Below the pieces are notes generated by a model, which saw nothing but the letters and a program-made list of their open reading frames with translations, ran no database searches and had not been told where the DNA came from. Below, piece by piece: positions 10,168 to 19,157 of a stretch of 64,000 nucleotides of DNA; within the stretch, counting starts at the first letter, position 1, and each line of letters starts with the position of its first letter. The position numbers and the translations under genes were made by a program. This DNA is from Reyranella massiliensis 521 (GTDB taxonomy: Bacteria > Pseudomonadota > Alphaproteobacteria > Reyranellales > Reyranellaceae), in assembly GCA_945862125.1 (NCBI GenBank), contig CAMAYC010000004.1:8691-72690 (forward strand). Reading direction: 5' to 3'.

Positions 10168-10968
10168 ATGCAACCCGGGAAGAGACTGGTTGGAAAGGTC
10201 GCGATCGTAACGGGCGGCGCGTCGGGCATCGGTGCGGCGACCGCAAAGGCATACGCCCTGCACGGCGCCTCCGTCGTGCTCACCGACAGCAACGCCGCCC
10301 TCGGCAAGGCGATGGAAAAGGAGATCGTCGAGTCGGGTGGGACGGCGACCTTCGCGCCCCAGGACGTGCGCAACGAGGCACGCTGGGCGGAGATCGTGGC
10401 CGATACCGAGAAGGCCTACGGTCGCCTCGACATCCTGTGCAACATCGCCGGCATCTCGGGCCGCGATCCCAAGCTCAACATCCAGACCAGCCTGACCGCC
10501 GGGCCGCGCCTCGCCGACCAGACTCTGGAGCAGTGGAACTGGGTCATGGAGATCAACGCCACGGGTGTCTTCCTCGGCACCAAGGCCGCTGTACCGGCCA
10601 TGCTGCGGGCCGGCGGCGGATCGATCATCAACATCTCGTCGATCTGCGGCATCATCGGCTCGCACGCCAATGCCGCCTACCATGCCTCCAAGGGCGCGGT
10701 GCGCATCTTCTCGAAGGCCGCGGCGATCCAGTACGCGCGGGACAAGATCCGCGTGAACTCGGTGCATCCGGGCTTCGTCGACACGCCGATGACCGTGCCG
10801 GGCCACTCCAATCCCGACGTCGCGCGCCAGCGTCTGGAGGCGACGCCGCTCGGCCGCTTCGGCACGCCCGACGACATCGCGGCCGGCTGCCTCTACCTCG
10901 CCTCAGACGACGCCGCGTGGGTCACGGGCAGTGAACTCGTGATCGACGGCGGCATGACCGCCAACTAG
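10168..10968 (+). CDS. SDR family oxidoreductase
   Basis: ATG 10168 follows GGAGGA. Motifs TGGASGIGAA, NISS and YHASKGA. The upstream part of listed ORF 9913..10968 is antisense to the neighbouring SDR gene and is rejected. Confidence 0.9.
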   Translation: MQPGKRLVGKVAIVTGGASGIGAATAKAYALHGASVVLTDSNAALGKAMEKEIVESGGTATFAPQDVRNEARWAEIVADTEKAYGRLDILCNIAGISGRDPKLNIQTSLTAGPRLADQTLEQWNWVMEINATGVFLGTKAAVPAMLRAGGGSIINISSICGIIGSHANAAYHASKGAVRIFSKAAAIQYARDKIRVNSVHPGFVDTPMTVPGHSNPDVARQRLEATPLGRFGTPDDIAAGCLYLASDDAAWVTGSELVIDGGMTAN

Positions 10969-10979
10969 GCCAACGACCT

Positions 10980-11459
10980 CTAGGCGACGGGATCGAGCAC
11001 CACGACGGGGATCTCGCGCGAGCCCGCCTTGACCTGGTAGTCGGCATAGGGCGGCCAGAAGACGACGCCCTCCTTCCACAGCCGCGCCCGTTCCTCGCCT
11101 GAAGCAATCCGGGCCCGCGCCTTTAGCTTCGCGGTGCCAACCTGGATCTCGACGTCCGGATTGGCGAGCAGATTGCGATACCAGCCCGGATGCTCCGGCG
11201 CGCCGCCCTTGGACGCGATCACGAAGTAGCCCTTGCCGGCGCCCTTGTCGTCGCTGCGTCCGTAGAACAGCGGGAACAGGAACTTCTGTCCCGACTTGCG
11301 GCCCTTGGTGATCAGCAACAGCGAAGGAACGGTGAGCTCCGGCATGTTGGGCAGGGTGATCTTGTACATGTGCCCGTCGGTGCCGCCGCTCGAGAGGTAG
11401 CGATCGACATGGTCCTTCATCCACTGAGGAAGATTGGGAGCGATCTGGGTCTCGGTCAT
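10980..11459 (-). CDS. Nitroreductase-family deazaflavin (F420)-dependent oxidoreductase (DDN/PF04075-like)
   Basis: Family pattern LLLITKGRKSGQ...ASKGGAPEHPGWYRNLLANPDVEIQVG...ARARIASGEERARLW...IPVVVL. Confidence 0.8.
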   Translation of the reverse strand: MTETQIAPNLPQWMKDHVDRYLSSGGTDGHMYKITLPNMPELTVPSLLLITKGRKSGQKFLFPLFYGRSDDKGAGKGYFVIASKGGAPEHPGWYRNLLANPDVEIQVGTAKLKARARIASGEERARLWKEGVVFWPPYADYQVKAGSREIPVVVLDPVA

Positions 11460-11469
11460 TCTCTGTCTC

Positions 11470-11844
11470 CTATGCCGGCAGTCGCGTCGACTGCCACGTT
11501 ACCATTTGCCAGCGGCCGTCGCGTATCGTGTAGACGTCGGTGAAGCGGACACCGAAGGCGTTGGGTGTGCCGTTCGACACGACCTCGATATGCGCGATGC
11601 CGGTCAGGACCACCGTGTCGCCCAGGTCCTGCGCCTTCACATCGGACGGCTTGATGCTGGTGTAGACCGTCGCGCCCGACACCATGGCCCGGATCAGGCT
11701 CTTCTTCGTGTCGAGGCGCGCCGAGGAATGCGTGTAGATCAGATCATCGGCCAGCAGGCTCTCGAGAGTCTCGACATCCTTCGCCGCCATCGCCCGCATG
11801 CGCTTCCGGTCGAGATCGATGATGGCCCGTTCGTTGCCCGCCAT
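11470..11844 (-). CDS. NTF2-like (SnoaL/DUF4440-type) protein
   Basis: About 124 aa with an NTF2-fold pattern (LLADDLIYTHSS...RDGRWQMV). ATG 11844 follows GAGGAGG. Confidence 0.7.
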   Translation of the reverse strand: MAGNERAIIDLDRKRMRAMAAKDVETLESLLADDLIYTHSSARLDTKKSLIRAMVSGATVYTSIKPSDVKAQDLGDTVVLTGIAHIEVVSNGTPNAFGVRFTDVYTIRDGRWQMVTWQSTRLPA

Positions 11845-11856
11845 GGTGGCCTCCTC

Positions 11857-12768
11857 TCAATTGAAGTTGAGCTTCAGGCCCGGCGTCGGCCAGGTCATGG
11901 TTGCGAGCTGGCCCTTGTCGGACAGGGTGATGTAGGCCGTGCGCATGTCGGCGCCGCCGAAGCAGATATTGGTCGGATAGATGTCCGGCATCTTCACTTC
12001 GCGCACCACCGCACCGGCCGGCGAGAATTCGGTGATCATGCCGGTGTTGAGCGTTGCCACCGTGATGTTGCCGTTCTCGAGCACCGCGAGACTGTCGAAG
12101 CGCGCGTTGCTGCCGACAGCGCCGACGACGCGGCCACTGTGATGAGCATTGCCGCTGGGCTTGCGCAGCTCGCCCGGGCCTTCGATGTCGAAAGCCCACA
12201 GCCGCGCACTTTCAGTGTCGGCTACGTAGAGGATCTTGCCATCGGGGGACAGGCCGCAGCCGTTGGGACTGAGAAACGGATGGACGAGGCACTTGATCGA
12301 GGAGCCATCCGGCTTGGCATAGTAGATGCCGCCATGGTCTCGCTGCCGGGCGTAACGCTTGCCGAGGTCGGTGAAGTAAAAGCCGCCCGTCTTGTCGAAC
12401 ACCAGATCGTTGGGCGCCGAGAGTTTGTGGCCGTCGCACGCGGTGTAGAGCTCGGTCATCTTGCCGCTGGCACGGTCGAGGCGTTGCACGAAGCCGTGCT
12501 TGTAGTCCGGATGCGGCGCCACGCCCATCGAGTTGCCCTCGACGTAGCGGCTGCCGCCGTTGTTGCAGAGATAGAGCGCACCGTCGGGTCCGACCGCGAG
12601 ACCGTTGGGCCCGCCGCCGGTCGCCGAGAACAAAGACACCTTGCCGTCGGGCGCGACGCGCGAGCAGCGGTTGTTACGGATCTCCGTCAGGATCACCGAT
12701 CCGTCGGGCATGGCCACCGGTCCTTCGGGGAAACCGAAACCGGTCGCCAGAATACGCACGTCGCTCAT
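11857..12768 (-). CDS. SMP-30/gluconolactonase/LRE family lactonase
   Basis: ATG 12768 follows GGAGG. Propeller-repeat pattern GFPEGPV, PNGLAVGPDG, PNDLVFD, PNGCGLSPDG. The N-terminal extension of the listed ORF (to 12936) is rejected. Confidence 0.85.
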   Translation of the reverse strand: MSDVRILATGFGFPEGPVAMPDGSVILTEIRNNRCSRVAPDGKVSLFSATGGGPNGLAVGPDGALYLCNNGGSRYVEGNSMGVAPHPDYKHGFVQRLDRASGKMTELYTACDGHKLSAPNDLVFDKTGGFYFTDLGKRYARQRDHGGIYYAKPDGSSIKCLVHPFLSPNGCGLSPDGKILYVADTESARLWAFDIEGPGELRKPSGNAHHSGRVVGAVGSNARFDSLAVLENGNITVATLNTGMITEFSPAGAVVREVKMPDIYPTNICFGGADMRTAYITLSDKGQLATMTWPTPGLKLNFN

Positions 12769-12826
12769 CGCGTTCCTCCGCCTCCTTCGTCTTGGGGCGC
12801 GATGATCGAGCGCCGTGGGTCGCCGG

Positions 12827-13648
12827 TCAATGCTGGCGGGCGAAGGCCTTAGCCAGCGCGCCGCGTGTTGCCTGCGCACCTTCGGCGGCAACATCGGCGG
12901 CGCGCCGTTCCCAATGGGCGGGATTGGGCGCCTCATAGCTCACATAGCCGTCGTAGTTCTTGGCGGCCAGCAACTGGAACAGTTCGGTCCAGCGCACGAC
13001 GCCCTTGCCGGGCGGCAGGCGGTCGACCGGCGGCGGGCCGTTGGGCGGTGCATCCGGCACGTCGCTGTACTGCACATAGAAAATCTCTTCCCCGGGCACA
13101 TCGGAGAAGCCGGCGCCGGGTCGGCCGCCGCGCTGGAGATGATAGGCGTCGAGAAGCAGGCCGACGCTCTTCTCGCCTGCCCTGGTGACGAGATCGCGCA
13201 GGATGTCGAGGCTCTTCACGACCGGATGCTGGAACTGATACTCGACCGCCAGCCGCAGCTTGAATTCGGCGGCGACCGCACCGGCGCGGCGGATGTTGGC
13301 GACCACCTCGTCGAGGCTTGCGGCGCCGGGCCCGATGGCGCTCATCAGTGTCGGGCAACCGAGTGCCACGGCGGCCTGGCAGCTCTCGCGGAACACGCCG
13401 AACAGTCGCTCCTGCTCTTCGCCCTTCGAGGAGAAGATCCAGCCGGGCTCGACACCGACGCAGGCAACCGGCAGGCCACCCTTCTTCACGAGATCGAGCG
13501 CGTCCGGATGGCGCACGAAGTCGACACGCCGCAGCTCGACGGCATCGAAGCCGCCAGCCTTCGCCGCCGCCAGAGCCTGTTCAAGCGGCGTTGTGTCGAT
13601 CGTCCATGTGTGAAGCGCGATCCCGCGGAACTTGTGATCCACGGTCAT
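12827..13648 (-). CDS. Sugar phosphate isomerase/epimerase (xylose isomerase-like TIM barrel)
   Basis: Pattern GFDAVELR...LAVEYQF...LLDAYHL...YVSYE. ATG 13646-13648 directly abuts the cysE stop (13649-13651). Confidence 0.8.
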   Translation of the reverse strand: MTVDHKFRGIALHTWTIDTTPLEQALAAAKAGGFDAVELRRVDFVRHPDALDLVKKGGLPVACVGVEPGWIFSSKGEEQERLFGVFRESCQAAVALGCPTLMSAIGPGAASLDEVVANIRRAGAVAAEFKLRLAVEYQFQHPVVKSLDILRDLVTRAGEKSVGLLLDAYHLQRGGRPGAGFSDVPGEEIFYVQYSDVPDAPPNGPPPVDRLPPGKGVVRWTELFQLLAAKNYDGYVSYEAPNPAHWERRAADVAAEGAQATRGALAKAFARQH

Positions 13649-14458
13649 CTAGATCCGCTGATCCATCTCCAGCGCCGGTTCAGGCACGTCGACGCAGCCG
13701 ATGATGCGCGCCGGCACGCCGGCCGCAGTGCAGCCGGCCGGGACCGGGTCCAGCACGACGCTGCCGGCCGCGATCTTGGCGCAGGCGCCGATCTCGATAT
13801 TGCCCAATACCTTTGCACCGGCGCCCAGGAGGACGCCGCGCCGCACTTTCGGATGCCGGTCGCCGCGCTCTTTGCCGGTGCCGCCCAGGGTCACGCCGTG
13901 CAGCATGGACACGCCGTCTTCGACGACGGCGGTCTCGCCGATCACCACGCCGGTGCCGTGGTCGATGAAGATGCCCTTGCCGATCACGGCGCCGGGATGG
14001 ATGTCTAGGCCGAATAGCGCACTGGCGCGGCTCTGCAGGAAATGGGCGAGCGACTGCCGGCCCTGCAGCCACAGCCAATGGGCGGCGCGATAGGTCTGCA
14101 ACGCGTGATAGCCCTTGAACCAGAGCAGCGGATCGAGATGGCTGGTGCAGGCGGGATCGCGGTCGACGACCGCCACGATGTCGGCACGGGCGGCGACGGC
14201 GATAGCGGGATCGGCGGAGAAGGCCTCGTCGAAGGTCTGACGGATCAGGGCGGCGGGCACTTCGGTCGTGCCGGCGAGCCTGGCCAGGTGGTAGCTCAGC
14301 GCGCTTTCGAAACGGGGCTGGCTGAGGATGGTGGCGTGCAACGTGCCAGCCAGAACCGGCTCGGCCGCAGCAGCAGCCTGGGCGGCCTCGCGGATGCGGG
14401 CCCAGACAGGGTCGACAGAGCGAAGCTCGGCCGGGTTTTTCAGCAGTACGCTATCCAT
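13649..14458 (-). CDS. cysE: Serine O-acetyltransferase
   Basis: ATG 14458 follows GGAGGA. SATase N-terminal helical domain (DPLLWFKGYHALQTYRAAHWLW) and hexapeptide repeats (GIFIDHGTGVVIGETAVVEDGVSMLHGVTLGGTG). Confidence 0.9.
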   Translation of the reverse strand: MDSVLLKNPAELRSVDPVWARIREAAQAAAAAEPVLAGTLHATILSQPRFESALSYHLARLAGTTEVPAALIRQTFDEAFSADPAIAVAARADIVAVVDRDPACTSHLDPLLWFKGYHALQTYRAAHWLWLQGRQSLAHFLQSRASALFGLDIHPGAVIGKGIFIDHGTGVVIGETAVVEDGVSMLHGVTLGGTGKERGDRHPKVRRGVLLGAGAKVLGNIEIGACAKIAAGSVVLDPVPAGCTAAGVPARIIGCVDVPEPALEMDQRI

Positions 14459-14555
14459 GGCGCTCTCCTCCGATCCGCTGCCGTCCCTGGCGGCCCGCGG
14501 AACGACTGACACGCCTCCCTCAGGAAGCTTACGTCGGTTGCGTTACAGGCGCAAT

Positions 14556-15152
14556 TCAGCGGCCGGCACGGGCTTCGAGCTCCTGGACCAGGGCCTCGAC
14601 CTTGCCGCCGTTGTTCTGGATGTAGGAATTGAAATCCGAACGTCTAGTCATGACCATGCTGACGCCCTCGACCTTCACATCGGTGATGCGGTCGCCCCGG
14701 ACTTCCCAGTCAATCTTGATCGGCTGGCCGGTGGCCTGGTTCAGCTTGCTGTCGACGATGGCCACGCCGTTGGGACGCGACGTCACCTTGCCCACTGTCA
14801 GCGTCTGGCCGGCGTACTGGCCGAAGCGCTCGCTGTAGGCCTTGGCCTCCGCCGTGGCGACGGCCTTGAGGAAGCGCGTGCGCTCCTCTTCCGTCGCCTG
14901 GTTCCAATGAGTGCCCAGCGCCGAACGGCCCATCGCGGGCATGTCGAAGCTCGCCTGCAGCACCGCCAGGATCGCGGCCTGGCGATCCGCGCCGGTCTTG
15001 TTCTTGACGATATCGATCACCTGCTGCGCCGTGTTCTGCACGAGCTGAGAGGGATCGGCTGCCGAGGCCGACGGACCGAGGGCGGGAAGGACGAGAAGAA
15101 GGACGGCGCCGACAAGACGCATAGCGACGCGACGAAAAGCGAGCAGCGACAC
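14556..15152 (-). CDS. mlaC: MlaC/Ttg2D family phospholipid-binding periplasmic protein
   Basis: Signal peptide ...LPALGPSASA and a toluene-tolerance Ttg2D-like pattern. GTG 15152 has SD GGGAG 7 nt upstream. ATG 15122 is an alternative start. Confidence 0.75.
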   Translation of the reverse strand: MSLLAFRRVAMRLVGAVLLLVLPALGPSASAADPSQLVQNTAQQVIDIVKNKTGADRQAAILAVLQASFDMPAMGRSALGTHWNQATEEERTRFLKAVATAEAKAYSERFGQYAGQTLTVGKVTSRPNGVAIVDSKLNQATGQPIKIDWEVRGDRITDVKVEGVSMVMTRRSDFNSYIQNNGGKVEALVQELEARAGR

Positions 15153-15190
15153 AGGTTCGCTCCCTGAAAAGGACTTCGGACGGGGGAGTC

Positions 15191-15973
15191 TTAGCGTACC
15201 AGAGCGAGATTGTCGCGACGTTCCAATTCGCTCTTGGTGTCGGTCTTTTCGCGCCGCTGGCGGATCTGGTCGGCGCGGTTCTGCGTATAAGCGCTTCGCA
15301 GCGCGGCGTAGTAGTCGACGCTGTTCTTTTCGAGGTCGTCGAGCGCGAAGATGGTGCGCGAACGGTAGTCGACCACGTTCATGCCGTAACGCGCCGCCTG
15401 ATAAGCGGTCCAGTCGACGGCCAGGTTGAAGGTCAGGATGCGGAACGGATCGGCCAGGTAGTCGATCATCAGGCCGGTGCCGTCGCGGGCATTGGAGGGG
15501 CCGATGACCGGCAGCATCAGATAGAAGCCGCCGTTTTCCGGCTCGACGCCGGCATAGAGGCCGATGGTCTTGCCGGCGTCTTCCTTGGTCCGCTCGAGGC
15601 CGAGCATGGTGGCCACATCGAACAGTCCGGCGACACCAATGGTCGAATTCACCAGAAAGCGCGCCATCGTCGTGGCGGCGCGGTTCGGATCGCCCTGGAA
15701 CACCTCGTTGATCGCCGTCACCGGCTCACCGAGATTGTCGAGGAGGTTGCGCACGCTCTTCTGTGCTGGCTCAGGCACCCAGTCGCGATAGATGACGGCG
15801 ACGGGGCGCAGCGCGATGATGTCGACGACGCGGTTGAGCGAGAACAGGAAGCGGTTGGGTGTCTCGATCGGGTCCCAGACTTCGGTGGCGCCGGTGTCAT
15901 TCGTCGCACATCCGCCCATCAGCATGGCGGCAACCGCCACCGCGACGAGCGAACGGCGCGCCTTGCGCCTCAT
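15191..15973 (-). CDS. mlaA: MlaA/VacJ family outer-membrane lipoprotein
   Basis: ATG 15973 gives MRRKARRSLVAVAVAAMLMGGC, a lipobox signal peptide. VacJ pattern DPIETPNRFLFSLNR...VNSTIGVAGLFD. The longer listed ORF (to 16123) would bury the signal peptide. Confidence 0.85.
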   Translation of the reverse strand: MRRKARRSLVAVAVAAMLMGGCATNDTGATEVWDPIETPNRFLFSLNRVVDIIALRPVAVIYRDWVPEPAQKSVRNLLDNLGEPVTAINEVFQGDPNRAATTMARFLVNSTIGVAGLFDVATMLGLERTKEDAGKTIGLYAGVEPENGGFYLMLPVIGPSNARDGTGLMIDYLADPFRILTFNLAVDWTAYQAARYGMNVVDYRSRTIFALDDLEKNSVDYYAALRSAYTQNRADQIRQRREKTDTKSELERRDNLALVR

Positions 15974-16053
15974 CGTTCCAGTCAAACCTTCGACCATCAA
16001 CACTACCCTGGTCCATCCCGCCGGCCCGGATAGGCTGGGGCCAAAAACATGAA

Positions 16054-16071
16054 GCGGCGTTCGGTCGCCGC
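16054..16071 (-). terminator. Short GC hairpin followed by a T-run on the minus strand, in the mlaA leader
   Basis: GCGGCG/CGCCGC 6-bp stem with a 6-nt loop. The minus strand continues TTCATGTTTTTGG. Confidence 0.2.
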
Positions 16072-16121
16072 TATTCTGCCGCAGTGTTGCACACGCGCGC
16101 GTCGGTTTGAAGTGAATAGCC

Positions 16122-16166
16122 AAAAGACCGCCCCCTCTGTGCTCTCGGAGCCACAGAGAGCCGGTC
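16122..16166 (-). terminator. Terminator-like compound hairpin plus TTTT on the minus strand, between divergent mlaA and sahR
   Basis: Nested stems GACCG/CGGTC, CTCTGTG/CACAGAG and CTC/GAG (16126-16166). On the minus strand the hairpin is followed directly by TTTTGGCT. Confidence 0.3.
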
Positions 16167-16176
16167 TAATTTCCCC

Positions 16177-16204
16177 CTTGCAAACATAAAGATATGCTTA
16201 TATT
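16177..16204 (+). promoter_or_regulatory. Candidate sigma70-type promoter and imperfect palindrome (possible SahR operator) just upstream of sahR
   Basis: CTTGCA (16177-16182), a 16-nt spacer, then TATATT (16199-16204), which ends 9 nt before ATG 16214. AAGATATG/CTTATATT (16189-16204) is a 6-of-8 inverted repeat. The patch is AT-rich in a GC-rich genome. Confidence 0.35.
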
Positions 16205-16213
16205 GAGAATTTC

Positions 16214-17188
16214 ATGGATCACCTTCTCACCCTTCTGAGGGCGGCCGCCGAAGACACAAGGCTGCGCATTCTGGCGCTGGCAGCGCGCGAAGACCTGACG
16301 GTCAGCGACTATGTCCATGTGCTGGGCCAGAGCCAGCCCAGGGTGTCGCGCCATCTCAAGCTCGTGGTCGAGGCCGGCCTCCTGGAGCGTTTCCGCGAGG
16401 GTCAGTTCACCCGTTTCCGCCTGGTCACCGCCGGTGAAGACGCTGCCTTGGTGCGCGAGTTCGTGCGCCGGCTCGACCCCAAGCACCCCCGTATCGCCGC
16501 AGACCGGTCCCGGCTCGACGCCCTGCAGCAGCGCCGCCAGAACGCCGCGGTGCGCTTTTTCCGCGACAATGCCCAGCGCTGGGACGAACTGCGGGCCCTG
16601 CACGTCGCGGACCGCGAGATCGAGCGCGCACTCGCCCATCACCTGCCGCTGGGCGCGCGCCGGCTGCTCGACATCGGCACCGGCACCGGCCGCCTGCTCG
16701 AAGTGCTGGCCCCCAGGGTCGCCCAGGCCGTGGGCGTCGACCAGTCGCGCGAGATGCTGGCGCTGGCCCGCGCCAATCTCGCTCGCGCCGGCCTCGACAA
16801 TGTCGAGATCCGCCAGGGCGACATGTATGCGCTGCCGTTCGAGGCCGACGGGTTCGATGTCGTCACCATCCATCACGTCCTGCACTACGCCGACGATCCG
16901 GCCGCAGCGCTCGCCGAAGCGGCCCGCGTCGTACGCCCGGGCGGCACCGTGCTGGTCGTCGATTTCTCGCCGCACGACATGGTCGAACTGAAGCGCGACC
17001 ATGCCCATGTCCATCTCGGCTTCGCCGACAATCAGGTCCAGGGCTGGCTGAGGAGCGCCGGCCTCAATGTGCTGGAGCCCATCCACTTCCCTGGCCGCCG
17101 GTTGATGACCGGCATCTGGCGCGCCGAGCGCGAGCTCGTGCAACGCCCCGCCCATGCCGCCGACCATTCGCACGGAGTTCAACGATGA
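16214..17188 (+). CDS. sahR: ArsR-type wHTH fused to a SAM-methyltransferase-like domain (SahR-type methionine-cycle regulator)
   Basis: N-terminal ArsR HTH (RLRILALAAREDLTVSDYVHVLGQSQPRVSRHLK). C-terminal methyltransferase motif I LLDIGTGTGRLL. ATGA overlap with metF. Confidence 0.75.
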   Translation: MDHLLTLLRAAAEDTRLRILALAAREDLTVSDYVHVLGQSQPRVSRHLKLVVEAGLLERFREGQFTRFRLVTAGEDAALVREFVRRLDPKHPRIAADRSRLDALQQRRQNAAVRFFRDNAQRWDELRALHVADREIERALAHHLPLGARRLLDIGTGTGRLLEVLAPRVAQAVGVDQSREMLALARANLARAGLDNVEIRQGDMYALPFEADGFDVVTIHHVLHYADDPAAALAEAARVVRPGGTVLVVDFSPHDMVELKRDHAHVHLGFADNQVQGWLRSAGLNVLEPIHFPGRRLMTGIWRAERELVQRPAHAADHSHGVQR

Positions 17189-18105
17189 GTCCCGATACCG
17201 GCCCGCTCGGCAGCCCGATGAGCACGTCCACGACGGAGTTTCCCGCGCGTGCGCCGCAGCATCTCGCCGTGTCGTTCGAGTTCTCGCCGCCCAAGACGGA
17301 GGCCGCGGAGCGCACCCTGTGGGAGACGGTGAACCGCCTCACCCCGCTGCAGCCAAAGTTCTTCTCGGTGACCTACGGCGCCGGCGGCTCGACTCGCCAG
17401 CGCACGCACGACACGGTCGAACGGCTGAAGAAGGAAACCGGCATTGACGCCGCCGCGCACCTCACCTGTGTCGCCGCGACCAGGGGCGAGATCGACGACA
17501 TCGCCCGCGCCTACTGGGATGCCGGCATCCGCCACATCGTGGCGCTGCGCGGCGACCCGCCGGCCGGCATGGGTGGCCAGTACACGCCCCATCCCGGCGG
17601 CTACGAGAATGCCGCGGCCCTGGTCGGCGGGCTCAAGAAGATCGGCGACTTCCAGATCAGCGTCGCGGGCTATCCCGAGAAGCATCCGGCCTCGGCCGAC
17701 GAACGGGCCGACCTCGAGAACCTGAAGCGCAAGGTCGATGCCGGCGCCGACCGCTGCATTACGCAGTTTTTCTTCGACGCCGACGATTTTCTGCGTTTCC
17801 GCGACCGCGCGGCGGCGGCCGGCATCCACGTGCCGATCGTTCCCGGCATCATGCCGGTGTCGAACTTCCAGGCGGTTACGCGGATCGCCGGCCTGTGCGG
17901 CTCCAAGGTGCCGCCGTGGTTCGCCAACATGTTCGAGGGGCTCGACGACGATCTCGAGACACGCCGTATGATCGCCGCGACCGTCGCGGGCGATCTCTGC
18001 CGCCGACTGCACGCCGACGGCGTCGACCAGTTCCATTTCTACACGCTCAATCGCGCCGATCTCACCTTCGCGATATGCCACCTGTTGGGAGTACGTCCGC
18101 GATGA
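17185..18105 (+). CDS. metF: 5,10-methylenetetrahydrofolate reductase
   Basis: SFEFSPPKT, SVTYGAGGSTR, AHLTCV, ALRGDPP, QFFFD. ATGA overlaps at both ends. Confidence 0.95.
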   Translation: MSPDTGPLGSPMSTSTTEFPARAPQHLAVSFEFSPPKTEAAERTLWETVNRLTPLQPKFFSVTYGAGGSTRQRTHDTVERLKKETGIDAAAHLTCVAATRGEIDDIARAYWDAGIRHIVALRGDPPAGMGGQYTPHPGGYENAAALVGGLKKIGDFQISVAGYPEKHPASADERADLENLKRKVDAGADRCITQFFFDADDFLRFRDRAAAAGIHVPIVPGIMPVSNFQAVTRIAGLCGSKVPPWFANMFEGLDDDLETRRMIAATVAGDLCRRLHADGVDQFHFYTLNRADLTFAICHLLGVRPR

Positions 18106-19157
18106 CCCGCGAGGAAAAGGCCCAGCAGCTCCGCGAGATCGGCGCCGAGCGGATCCTCGTGAAGGATGGGCCCTACGGCTCGATGATCCAGAGTTACAAG
18201 CTCGACGAGGAAGGCTTCCGCGGCGGACGCACGTTCAACCACGACCAGAAGGGCAACAACGACCTGCTCAACCTGACGCGGCCCGACGTCGTGGGCGAGA
18301 TCTGCAACGCCTATCTCGATGCCGGCGCCGACATCGTGGCGACCAACACGTTCAATTCGAATTCCATCAGCCTCTCCGACTACGGCATCACCGGCATGGC
18401 GCGCGAGATCAACATTGCCGCGGCCAAGCTCACGCGCGCCTGCGCCGATGCCGCCACCGCCCGCAACCCGTCAAAGCCGCGCTTCGTGGCAGGCGCGCTG
18501 GGGCCGACCAACAAGACGCTCTCGGTGTCGCCCAAGGTCAGCGATCCCGGCTTCCGCGCCGTCACCTTCGACGAGGTGAAGGACATGTATCGCGAGCAGA
18601 TCGACGGGCTGCTCGACGGTGGCGTCGACTTCATCCTGGTCGAGACGGTGTTCGACACATTGAACGCCAAAGCGGCGCTCGTCGCCGCCGACGAAGCCGG
18701 CGAAGCGCGCGGCGAAGTTCTCCCGGTGATGGTGTCGATGACCTTGACCGACCTGGCCGGCCGTAACCTCTCGGGCCAGACGGTCGAGGCCTTCTGGCAT
18801 TCGGTGCGGCATGCCAAGCCGATCACCATGGGCCTCAACTGCAGCTTCGGCGCGACCGAGCTGCATCCTTACGTGCAGGCGCTGAACCCGCAGGTCGACA
18901 GCATGCTCTGCGTCTACCCCAATGCCGGCCTGCCCAACGAGCTCGGCGCCTATGACGAGCCGCCGGAGATGACGGCCAAGTTGGTCAGGGGCTGGGCGCA
19001 GAATGGCTGGCTGAATGTGGTCGGCGGCTGCTGCGGCACGACGCCGGCCCACATCAAGGCGATCGCCGAGGCGGTCAAGGACGTGACGCCGCGCACATGG
19101 CATGTCCTGCCACCTGCGTTGCGTCTCAGTGGCATGGAACCGGCGAGCTTCTTCTGA
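18102..19157 (+). CDS. metH: Methionine synthase, homocysteine-binding (S-methyltransferase) module as a separate polypeptide
   Basis: ATG 18102 overlaps the metF stop. Zn-ligand contexts GLNCSFG and [11 protein letters not shown]. It ends ...[12 protein letters not shown] with TGA 19155-19157. Confidence 0.9.
   Translation: MTREEKAQQLREIGAERILVKDGPYGSMIQSYKLDEEGFRGGRTFNHDQKGNNDLLNLTRPDVVGEICNAYLDAGADIVATNTFNSNSISLSDYGITGMAREINIAAAKLTRACADAATARNPSKPRFVAGALGPTNKTLSVSPKVSDPGFRAVTFDEVKDMYREQIDGLLDGGVDFILVETVFDTLNAKAALVAADEAGEARGEVLPVMVSMTLTDLAGRNLSGQTVEAFWHSVRHAKPITMGLNCSFGATELHPYVQALNPQVDSMLCVYPNAGLPNELGAYDEPPEMTAKLVRGWAQNGWLNVVGGCCGTTPAHIKAIAEAVKDVTPRTWHVLPPALRLSGMEPASFF

Noticed and set aside
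15974-16123. Fifty-codon N-terminal extension of mlaA from a TTG at 16123
   Set aside because: It would place the lipoprotein signal peptide internally. ATG 15973 gives a canonical n-region, h-region and lipobox.
16000-16213. Possible SAM or cobalamin riboswitch ahead of the methionine operon
   Set aside because: The candidate promoter ends 9 nt before the sahR ATG, which leaves no room for a leader on the plus strand. All downstream junctions are overlaps. I could not recognise B12-box or SAM-II-like conserved cores, and the hairpins present are oriented for the minus strand.
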